DNA of 64,000 nucleotides from the NCBI RefSeq assembly GCF_006345805.1, contig NC_043017.1, forward strand, positions 19,344,001 through 19,408,000, given 5' to 3'. Under the pieces are notes generated by a model. It worked only from the letters and a program-made list of their open reading frames with translations. It made no database searches and was not told where the DNA came from. The DNA is from Octopus sinensis (lineage: Eukaryota). The translations under genes and the position numbers were made by a program. Shown here piece by piece: positions 52,856 to 64,000 of this stretch. Numbering within the stretch: the first letter of the stretch is position 1; every line of letters starts with the position of its first letter.

Positions 52856-54219
52856 TCTGTATGCATGTATGTATATATATATATATATATTGGCCATACT
52901 CGATAATGAGGGGGCAGCCATTATATATATATATATACATACATACATACACATATATATGTATATATTATGACTTTTGTTTTGCATTGTGTGTAAGAAG
53001 GAACATAAAAGTGCATCAATACAAATTTATGTTGGAAGTCTTGTCTAAAATATGTTAATTTATGTGGTCTCAGATATCACACACAAATTAACATACATAA
53101 ACTATATATATATATACATATATACGTGTGTAAATGTGTGTGTGTGTATATATATATATGTGTGTGTGCGTGAGTGTATGTATATGTGTGTGTATATATA
53201 TATATAAATATATATGTATGTATATATATATGTATGTATATTTTAAGATAAGTCAAGGAATGAGATTGACTCCCTTGCTGAAAGTCTGTGAGAGAAAGAA
53301 ATTTGTTTTTTCTTTTTTTTTTGGTTTTTTTCCAAAGAGGCAGGTGGGTGTCTTCTTTAGAAATTATTAAATACATTACAAGGAAAAAATTACAACGTTA
53401 GGATGAATCATTAACTATAGAACAAGAGAATGTACAAAATTCTACAGAGACAGGTTGAATTGTCATTGTGCAATTTGTGTATATATGTTATAGTTTGGTT
53501 GTTGAGTTTGTCTTGCAAAATTTTTTTTCTTCTTTTTCTTACCAACTGACTTAGATCACATAGTTATTATTATAACATTTTTTTTTAAGAATCTAATTAA
53601 GTATTTATTAATTAATTGTTATTTTTTTTCATCCAGAATATCTCTTCAGCTTTTATTTTTATTATTGAAGTTCAGCATAAATATATGTCCGTTGATTTTA
53701 GTTTGATTTTGATGAAAAAGTATATATATTATTTATTCTTCTTTGAAATGATATATATTTCTTTTAAGTATTTCCTTTTTTTTCTGTTGGAAGTCATACA
53801 CTCGCAATTAAATATTTGTGTCTATTGGTAGGTCTGTTAATTGATGAATGAATGAATTAATTAATTATAATTATTAATATTTTTTTGAATCTTAAATAGT
53901 TTCAATTTGGACACAAACACTCACATGTAAGATAGCAGCAGCATCTCTGCCAAATATTAAGATCAATACCAATATCAAGTGTTGCTTTGCTCTTTACGAC
54001 GCCGTTATTTGAGGACAAGCTCCAAGGAAATTGTTTATATTTTTACACAGAAGAAAATGAACAAAAAACAAAAACCAAACGTTTTTGTTACAACAACAGA
54101 AAGGCCACCAAGTGGGTTCTTGTTTTCCATTTCAGCTGGATCCTTCATTTATAAGCGCAGATAGTATGTGTTTCACATATATACATACATGCATATATAA
54201 ATATATATATATATGTGTA

Positions 54220-54258
<39 letters not shown>

Positions 54259-54524
54259 ACATATATATACTTACATATATATGTATGTATATATGTATGT
54301 AAATGTATATATACATGTGGATATATATATATATATATAGATGTATATGTTTATATACATGTGGATATATATATATGTTTATTTTCTGTCAGCAATGAGA
54401 TAATGAATCAGTGTTTAATTAAAAAAAAGTGGATGGAGAAGTCAAAGCCTCATTTAATAATTAATGTTTTTAAGAAACTGCAGTTAATTAACTAGCAATT
54501 ACACCATCACTAATTATAAAACTG

Positions 54525-55170
54525 CATGATTATCACCTTTAGGGTTTGGTTGGTTAAGTACCATTGAGCTTCACAATCATCACCTGTTGATTTGGTTTGA
54601 TTAGTTAAATATCACCTGGGCTGAACGAGCCCCACCAGACGGTTTTAATATCACTTGAGTTTCCAAGATCTTCCCCCAGAAGGTTTAGGTTGAACTGAGT
54701 TACATGATCTGCACCAGATAATTAAATATCACTTGAGTTTCCTAATCTTCACCAGATGATTTATATTCCACTGAGCTGGCATGGTCAGCACCAGAAAGTT
54801 GAGTTTGAACTGAGCTGCATGATCAGCACCAGATAGTTGAGTTTGAACTGAGCTGCATGATCAGCACCAGATAGTTAAATATCACTTGAGCTTCGATCTT
54901 CCCCAGTTGTTTAGATTCAACTGAGCTTGCATGATCCACACCAGATGATTAAATATCACTTGAACTTCCATATCCTTCATATGATGATTTAGATTCAACT
55001 GAGCTGCACAAATCTGCATCAAATGATTAAATATCACTTGAGCTTCCATTATCTTTCTTTACCCCAGATGGTTTATATTCCACTGAGCTTGTGTGATCCT
55101 TCCTCACATGGCTAAATATCACTTGAGCTTCACAATCCGCACCCAATGGTTTAGATTCCATTGAACTTTA
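54525..55170. repeat. Diverged minisatellite, ~33-40-bp units of two alternating types
   Basis: caccagat.rttaaatatcacttgagctt and caccagatggtttagattcaactgagctgcatgatc units; one exact period of 38 bp (54789/54827). Confidence 0.8.
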
Positions 55171-56374
55171 AAGAAAAAAACAAACCAAAAACCAGAAATC
55201 ATCAATCATCATTTATACTCATCTGTTGAGTTTCATGATCATCTCTTTCTCTCTCTCTCTGCTTGTCTGAATTTATTTGATCAGTTGAGCTTCACCTGTC
55301 TCACCTGTTAGTTGATCCACCATTTATCTGAGCTTCAACAACAGACTGCAATTTGCTTTTTGCTTCTTCAGAAAAATTATTTGACTTTATTATTTGAATT
55401 TTATCACTCGAACGAGATGAAAATAGTTTTGTTTTTTTTTGTTCCTAGCTGTGCAAAACCTCAGGAAATGTTGAAAGTTAGACTTGCATTTCTGTTCACT
55501 ATAATTAAATATGATAGTGATGGTATTGGTTAATGGTGGTCGTGGGTGGAGTGAGGGGGTCAGTATTTGTTGCTCTTTGTTATACAACATCATATGAGTG
55601 GGAAATTCACAGCAGTGGTTAATAAATAATATGACCAAAAATGTCTGTCTGTTCGTCTGTTGGTTGTCTGAGACCAAAATATCATCGTCTTTATGTTTTT
55701 TTTTAAATATAATATGATGATGTTACTGAAATCTGAGCTTTTTCTTTCCTCGCCTCCATATATATAAAAGTAGAGCAATAAAAAGAGAGAGAGAGAGAGA
55801 GAGTATAAGCAAAAGAAATGAGAAAGTCCATTTCAAAGAAACCAGTTGGTCATTCCATTGCATTCTACAGAGAAAAGTCTCAAAGTTCAGTAATAGAGAC
55901 TTCTACTGCAGTGAATATTATACACCGACCATCATCAATGTTTTTATAATTATTATTATCATTATTATTCATATCATTATTTCTCGTAGATGCTTCTTGA
56001 GTTTTAGATGTGTATTTTTCAACAAAGGAAGGAGCAAAAATGAACAAGTTTCAATGATCCAACGTAAAGTTTGTGTATATATATATGCATGCCAAAGTAG
56101 GACATCAACAATGAATTCTCTTTCATTGTATCGTTTGTCTTTTAATTAACTAATTAATTAATTGTTTTTAATTTAAGTTTAAATTATTTTGTTTGGCTTT
56201 TTTTTTTAAATACCACTCACAGTTTGTTTGATTTATAGCTCTGGCATTGCATATTTTTTAAGAACGAATGAGAATATATATGTATATACATATATATATA
56301 TATACATATATATGTATATATGTATGTGTGTGTTTGTGTATGTTTGTGTATGTGTATTTTCATAGTCAAAGTAT

Positions 56375-56527
56375 TCATAACATCGATTCGACACTGCAGT
56401 TGGAATATTCTGGGGCATTGTTACTATAATTATCCTGGTTTGATGTGTCGTTTTCATTGTTTAAAATGGTGGGAATCTTTGACGATGTTGGACTTGTCGT
56501 TTCTTGAAACTTTGTCAATTTGTTTGT
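56375..56527 (-). CDS. Probable terminal coding exon of an unidentified gene (C-terminus ...SVESML*)
   Basis: Strong minus-strand acceptor (T-rich...ttttcag); 50 open codons TNKLTKFQETTSPTSSKIPTILNNENDTSNQDNYSNNAPEYSNCSVESML*. The frame is assumed (longest), and no upstream exon was identified. Confidence 0.55.
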   Translation of the reverse strand, partial: TNKLTKFQETTSPTSSKIPTILNNENDTSNQDNYSNNAPEYSNCSVESML

Positions 56528-59007
56528 CTGAAAAACAAAGCAAAAAAAAAAAAAAATGAATAAAAGTTGAAAAAAACAAAGCTCTAAAATGGAATAATTT
56601 TAATTTAACAGCTGTGGATTGATAATTTTATTTTTATAAATTTAGTTTTATTTCATCTTTTTATTTCTTTATCTTCAGAAATAGAAATATGGACATGTAA
56701 GAAATATGACATGATGTTTATAATATTGCTTTCAAATCTTGGCACAAGGCCAGCAATTTCAGAGAAAGTGGGTAAATCAATTTCATTGATCCTATTGCTT
56801 AACTGGCACTTGTGTCCCTCACAAAAAGGATGGAAGGCAAAGTCAACCTTGGTGGAATTTGAATTTAGAACATAAAGATGAACAAAATGCTGCTGAATGT
56901 GTTGCCCATTTTGCTAATGATTCTGCCAGCTCACTGCCTTAGGTGGTTCGTAATATTGCTTTCAAATTTTGACACAAGGCCAGCAATTTCAAGGGAGAGA
57001 GTCAAGTTGATTAAATCAACTCCAATGCACAACTGGTACTTATTTTATTGACCCCTAAATGGATGAACGACAAAGTCAACCTTGGTGGAATATAAAGTCA
57101 GGATGTAAAGACAAACAACTGCCCGTGCGGTGCCATGTAAAAGCACACAGCACATTCTGCAAAGTGGTTGGCATATTAGGAAGGGCATCCAGCCATAGAA
57201 ACCATGCCAAATCAGACTGGAATCTGCTGGTCAAACTGTCCAACCCATACCATTATGGAAAACAGACGTTTAATCATGATGATGATGATGAACAAAATAT
57301 CACTATACATTTTGTCCAGCATGCTAACAATTCTGTTAGTTTACTGTCTTAGGTTATTAAATCCTATATGGATAAGGATTATTGCTGCTAATCCACACAG
57401 AACGATTCAAAAGTCCCTTTAGCAATTAAATAAATCATTTATAAAATATATATTTTGCTGCAGTTTGTTTCTATCTATTTTTTTTATAATATCCCTATTA
57501 TTTCACCGTGAATATCTTTACTCACCTCATAAGTTGAGGATGCACCCCTCATCACCCCTATTTTGATATCTTCCCAGCACAACCCTGGCCATTCAACCCC
57601 TAAGTCTTAGTCCTTCCTGTTTCTAATGGACCACTGGGTGATGAGCTGGCTCCGCTGAGTGCAATCTGCTGCAGCCATTTTTGCATCAATCCAGGTGAAT
57701 TGCATTTCCCATGTCCTCTTGGACAGTTTTTGGGTGATTTTCATTTTCCCCCCGACTCCAAATAGACCACAATTGGGTCCCCGAGTTTCTTTCTCAGGGT
57801 TGAGTGTAGGGCTAGTAACCTCACTTCATATAAGAAACATCTGTTACAGATTCACAATAACTGTCACTCAGACCCAAGCTCCTATAATGTTTGGAGCCAT
57901 GTAGCTTGTCTACAGCAAGAAATCTGCTCCACGCCCCCCCCTTCTCTTAGACTTTAACTCCTCATCTCCCTGCATAAAGCTGCCTCTCTCTTTACTGCAG
58001 TCTTGTTCAGTTGAATGAGTTCAGTCTTGCAGGCTGCAAGGTAACCTCACTAGTGCTGGTGCCACACAAAAACACACACAGTACACTCTAATGTGGTTGG
58101 CATTAGAAAGGGCATCCAGCTGTAGAAACTAAACCTAAGAAAACACTAGAGTACAATGCAGTCTTATATCAGATCCAGTCAAACCGTGCAACCCATGCCA
58201 GCATGGAATATGGATGTTAAAAGATGATGATTTGTTATGTATATACTGTTTTGTAGTCATTATTAGTGATAGAAGCAGTTTTAGTTCAAAATAGCAATCT
58301 GTGCATCATACTTAAAGCAGATACATCATTGAAAGCGTATTAAATTGCTGTATTCATCTCAAGAAAGTATCTCTTGTAGATGTATAGAGTGAAAAACAAA
58401 AAACAAGAATATATCACCAGCAACAGATTTTGTCTTAACATGCATTTGTCAATGGATATTTGCTACTGACAAAGCCCAAAGAAGCATAAATACACAAGTA
58501 GCATCATCATGACTGCAACTGGATGGATTTTTTTTGGCTATTAATATATTTTCGTGTTTTTAATACATGTCAGTAAAAGATGCTTTCCTGAGACAAATAC
58601 CACAGCTTCCAGGTTTTCAACCATGTATCTGCTTTAAGCATGATACACAGATTGCTACAGCTTTATATATTTTAGAAATTGTCCTTATCAAAAGAATAAG
58701 AGAATATTCATTGTTTGAAAAGTGGTACAATAAAATGGTAATCCTGTGCAGTTGCCATGAGTGGCTTGGTCAGCTGGCAGAATAAATAAGAGGACAGTAG
58801 ACCAGCTATCTTGGAATCCCTGAGCCATGGCAGTCAGCTGGAAATCTGGAGTCAGGGGATGGTTAACCCTTTAGCATTTAAACCACCAATATTACACCCA
58901 AATAGTTTACCTATGTTACGGTCAAACTGGCCAGATACAGCCTCTCACACCTACCCTACAATGCTATACTATAAATAAGCAATCACATTGAAATCTCTCA
59001 AAGTGGC

Positions 59008-59128
59008 ACATCTTTCATTGGAATTGAACCGCATATCTGTTGTATACCAGACAACCATGTCTGATTACGAAATGAGATCCTGTACCAATTTTTTCCTGTC
59101 TTAAAGATACTTGTTAACGACATACACA
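59008..59128. repeat. ~120-bp dispersed repeat (second copy ~60897-61017)
   Basis: tctttcattggaattgaaccgcatatctgttgtataccagacaaccatgtctgattac is shared; B-box-like ggttcaattcc on minus. Confidence 0.7.
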
Positions 59129-59398
59129 TGCATGGTTAATCCAAAACAATGTGCCTAAAGAAAAAAATTACATTTGACAGAGTAATCTGAATGCTAAATG
59201 GTTGTTAATGGATGCCATGAAGAGAGGAAGAAGAAAAACTGTTCATTATGGACCCCCATTCATTATATGAGGATGAAATTAATGGCAAAAGGCCTCCGGA
59301 ATCATTGTGCAGATGATATAGTAACGAAGCAGGATTTAAAAGACTAAAACACTCATACATTGTCTTTGATGGGTGAGGCCATCACACATATATTTTTA

Positions 59399-59619
59399 CA
59401 GTAATTCCTCGCCATATTGCAGTTCACCTACCGTGGTTTATTATTTAAGGTTATGTCGATTCCTTTGTGGTGTTGTTTTGCATTTATCATAAAATAAATA
59501 CATACAAATTATAAAAATAAATAAAAAAATATACAGTACTGCTTCTACTTCGTATATTTTCACCTCTCGCGAAGGGAGGGGGTTGGAACGTAACGCCTGC
59601 GATAGTCAAGGGATTACTG
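59399..59619. mobile_element. Tigger/pogo-type MITE
   Basis: TIRs cagtaattcctcg / caagggattactg; TA on the left. Confidence 0.6.
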
Positions 59620-60102
59620 TGTATGTGTGTGTGTTTTTATGTATATATACTCTGTACTCTCTTTTAGAGAGTATCATCATCATCATCATCATCGTTTAAC
59701 GTCCGCTTTCCATGCTAGCATGGGTTAGACGATTTGACTGAGGACTGGCGAACCAGATGGCTGCACCAAGCTCCAATCTGATTTGGCAGAGTTTCTACAG
59801 TTGGATGCTCTTCCTAATGCCAACCACTCCGAGAGTGTGTGGGTGCTTTTACGTGCCAGTCAGGTGGTACTGGCAACAGCCACGCTCAAATGGTGTTTTT
59901 TTACGTGCCACCTGAACAGGAGCTAGTCCAGCGGCACTGGCAATGACCTCGCTTGAATGTTTTTTTTCACGTGCCACCGGCACAAGTGCCAGTAAGGCGA
60001 TGCTAGTAATATATATATATATATATGTATATAATGGATAATAAAACGAATGTTTTACACCTGGTAGTCTTTCATTTGCCATATATATATATATATATAT
60101 AT

Positions 60103-60290
60103 AACGCCATGTTGAATCGCTAGCTCCTGCACACATTGTTTTCTCTCCTTGTTTCTTTCTGTTGAAGAGCGTAGGCTCGAAACATAAAAGACTTGTTTTA
60201 TTTCTATTCCCGAGCGCCATACTAATACAATTGTTTGTTTGTACTCCACCTGCCTTTGTCTTTTGTTTATTTTCGTAAACCTTCCCGTTA
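60103..60290 (+). mobile_element. Second copy of the hammerhead-bearing short element, embedded in (TA)n
   Basis: Reverse complement of 2745-2954; motif tcttt-CUGUUGA-a-gagcgtaggctc-GAAA-ca-U-A-aaaga at 60154-60191. Confidence 0.65.
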
Positions 60291-60730
60291 TATATATATA
60301 TATATATATACATATACAGATGCATACATTAGTGCTGGAGTCACAATAAAATTAGATGTGCTATGTAGTGATGTGTATATATGTTATATTTGACATTTTA
60401 TGATAAACATCATATATAGTTTTAATAACTAGAGAAGAGAAAAACTGAAATTTCCTGAATGAATTAACTGGTTCCCTGTAAATGATGTGAAAATTTATTG
60501 AAATACATATATGTAAGTATACACTTGTATGTGTGTGTATATATAAATGTGTGTGTGTGCATATGCACATGCAGACACATGCACACACACACTATCATGT
60601 AAGCAGTAAACATTTTTCAAAGATAAATTATAAATTATATATATGGATATACATGTGTGTGCATATATAGATAGATTACTATATATTTTTATTGGCTAAA
60701 CTGGAAAAATGACCATTCCTAAATACAACA

Positions 60731-60762
<32 letters not shown>

Positions 60763-61137
60763 ATTCATATTTTTATACATACATGCATATGTATTAACTA
60801 TAATGTAAACAGTGACGATTTAAAAAAATACTATATATATATGTGTGTGTGTGTGTGACATTAACAAGCATTCCTAAAACAGAAAAAAGTGAAGGGGCAC
60901 ATCCTTTCATTGGAATTGAACCGCATATCTGTTGTATACCAGACAACCATGTCTGATTACCAAATGAAATCCTGTACCAATTTTTTCCTGCCTTAAAGGT
61001 ACTTGTAAACGACATACACACACACACACACTTTGTGTATGTATGTGTGTGTGTGTGTGTCTGTGTATGTATATATATATATATATGTATGTATATATAT
61101 ATATATATATATACATATACACATATATATATAATAT

Positions 61138-61252
<115 letters not shown>

Positions 61253-61260
61253 TATATATA

Positions 61261-61303
<43 letters not shown>

Positions 61304-61754
61304 CACACACACACATTGTTTATGTCATAAATTTTTCAAAACTTCAAGAGAACATGAAATAATTAGTTTTTAATAAATGATAGCATATAAATATTGGGCT
61401 AAACACCCTTTAGATAGAAAAAGTTGGAGCCCGTAGGCAATCATTGACATATTTTTATTCTAAGGATTTGTTAACCCAATATATACATGTTGTTATATTA
61501 TTATTATATACACACAGATACATGATACTTCAATAAGAAAATGAAAGAAAGAGTGCTCAAGACAGTAAAGGTGGATAGTAAATTTTTAAAATGAAATTTA
61601 GATTAGTAACTTAGTACCAATGGTGGTACAATCACTGTGTTGGCAAAATGCTGAATAACATGTCAGCATGAAACCACTGGGACTAGATTACTAATTTAAA
61701 TTCCATTAAAGAATATATTTATCTTGTTGTGTACTGGGAGGATCAGTACACCAG

Positions 61755-61845
61755 CAATAATACAGGCACAGGTTCGATATCACTTCTTTATTGTTAGTCA
61801 TAACATTAAAGAAGTGATATTGAACCAGTGCATGTGTTATTATTG
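61755..61845. other. Long near-perfect hairpin
   Basis: ggttcgatatcacttcttta t tgtta-gtca-taaca t taaagaagtgatattgaacc (26-bp core), extended by gcac/gtgc and caataata/ttattattg. Confidence 0.8.
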
Positions 61846-64000
61846 GCATAATGACCTTCCCAAGACAAAAAAGATTTATTTCAACACATGAAGTCACATC
61901 AAGAATCTTGCAAACCAAATACGGAAATGAAGTATATATTTACATGTCATTGTAAATTATTATAACTCACAACCATTACTAATTTGGACTTTAAATCCTT
62001 ACTCTTCTCCTTTTAACATACATTTTTTTGTGTGTGAAACTTTCAAAAGTGTCATTGTAAATACTTAAATGGAAAACTGGATAAATTAGCAGATACAAAA
62101 AAAATGAATAATTAAATAGCTGATGTTAATTAGCCAGAGATGACATAAGCAAGAAAAGTGGTAATTAAGTTAGTGTTAATGACCATCAATGAAATCTAAT
62201 TAGAAATATTTGTGCATTGAGGAAAAAGACAACATTAGCTGAATAACTTATTATTAATTGATTTTTGTGTGCAAGAAGTGGAGTTAATTCTGGACATGTT
62301 TAAGTCTTATTGGACCTCCTCAGCAAAACATAGACTTGAGATATTAAAGAGAGAATCACTGTGTAAATATTAGGATACTGTAGATGATTAGGTGTGAAAA
62401 ATTAGCATGTTGAGAAATGAATTAGTTACTCAGTAACACCATCTGTATGGAAAAACAATAGTTAAGTTAGTGGTAACATTCAAAATAAAAAAAAATTTTC
62501 TCTAATAATTATAATAATGCCAGAAGACAAATCCTATACCTGATACAATTATTGTTTAATATTTGTAAAGCAGCTGGTTGCAGAGTGGAGTGGGGGATGA
62601 GAATTGAGATAAGGCGGAATGGGAATGATAAAAAAAAAAAGAAAAAAAATTAAATAAAAACTTTAAATGTTAGATGAAAATATCAAAACTTAAATCCCTT
62701 AAATATCATTGGCCCCCTCATAATTTTTAGGAATTCATCCTCTATGAAAGAAAATTTTTTTAGCATAGTTCCAAAAGACCACCAATTGTTTGGGGGAAGG
62801 TGGGGGGTGGGTAGTCGGTCGATGCTAGTGCCCCCCCCCACCTCCCAGTAGTGGAACAGTACCATAATTTGTTGATACCCTGGAGAGAGAAAGGTAACTC
62901 CAACAGGATTTGAACTCAGAAGAGGAAAAACCAGAACAAATTCAAGACGTTTTTTCCCTCATCAAGGTAATGGTTCTGCCGATTTAACTCCCTTAATAAT
63001 GGTTTCAAATTTTGGCACTGGACCAGTCGGAAGGATGAATGGCAAAGTCAACCCCAACAGAATTGGAGTTCAAAACACAAAGACTGTGAAGGAATGCTGT
63101 GAAGCATTTTGTCCAATTCCTCAACAATTCTATCAGCTTGCCATCTTGGAACTTTTTAGCATCCAGATTATTCAGACAAATGTAATGGTTATCCCTCCAC
63201 ATTGGTCTGAATTAATCATGTATTATCTCACAGCTTTGAGATTTTGATGACGAGGCAGCTTACTTTCAGAATGACAATGTAGGGTAGGTGAGAGAGGCTT
63301 GATCTAGCTGGTTTCACCATAAAACAGGTAGAATATTTGGGCCACATATGGCTGGTTTAAATGTTAAAGTCAGGGGTGGACTGAGAGGCACGTGCCCTCC
63401 CACCCCGTGCAACTCAAGAAGTGCACCCTTCTAAATAATGTTATTACACCCTTTTCTCCTGGAATTGTATTCCCCTCTGACCTTGTGCCCTCCCTTTGGA
63501 AAATTCCTGGGACTGCACCTGAAAGGGTTAATAATCGTTTGAAATTTTGGCATAAGCCAGCAATTTCAGGACAGGGGTCGTCAATTAGATAGACCCCAGT
63601 GTCCAACTGGTACTTATTTTATCAACTGCTGAAAGGATGAAAGGCAAAGTTAACCGTGGTAGGATTTGAACTCAAGGACATAATACTAACTTTAATAATA
63701 ACTATTTCTAATCTGGCTCAAGGCCACCAATTTTTGAGGAAAGGAGGTCAGTCAATACTATTCAATTCAGTAATTGATTGATATTTTAATTTATTGTCCT
63801 GGAGAGACAAAAGGTAAAGTTGACCTCAGCAGGATTTGAACTCAGAGCATAATACACTTCAAGCTATTTTCCCGATGCTCAAACAATTCAACCAGTTTGC
63901 TGCCTTAATCCATTAGCATTCGGATTACTCTGTCAAATGTTAAGACCCCCTTTGGTCATGAATGACCATGGGATTGCCCCTGTCCAGGCAAGGTTGCTTA

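Noticed and set aside
54525-55170. Array as a coding repeat or miRNA cluster
   Set aside because: Unit lengths are not multiples of 3, and units are direct repeats that do not fold into hairpins.
57520-57830. Minus-strand donor-like gtgagt as the previous exon of the ESML gene
   Set aside because: The adjacent sequence looks like a decayed retroelement, and no convincing acceptor or ORF could be established.

Overview
AT-rich, repeat-dense eukaryotic DNA; the SINE/MITE repertoire and (TA)n/(CA)n density look cephalopod, probably Octopus (inference). Genes: (1) the 3' part of a spliced rhodopsin-class GPCR on + (exons 7047-7271, 8314-8453, 10578-10756, 25267-25417; TM3-TM7; IRY and NVFVY replace DRY and NPxxY), with its last exon tandemly duplicated at 26415-26565; (2) a probable terminal coding exon of a convergent - strand gene (56375-56527, ending ...SVESML*) with a possibly very long 3' UTR. 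Mobile DNA: a decayed pogo-like transposon whose left end is amplified into an 8.8-kb, ~170-bp satellite; a dead IR/DR Tc1 element; RTE and CR1-type LINE fragments; mariner, hAT, Tigger and TTAA MITEs; many SINEs. Most notable unexplained structure: several minimal type-I hammerhead-ribozyme-like motifs in short elements sitting in (TA)n tracts; a palindromic cluster of tRNA-like Pol III units; tandemly repeated GPCR splice donors; and a diverged 3'-UTR array with 7 seed-type sites. All calls were made by eye and nothing was computed or searched. No CRISPR or prokaryotic content.
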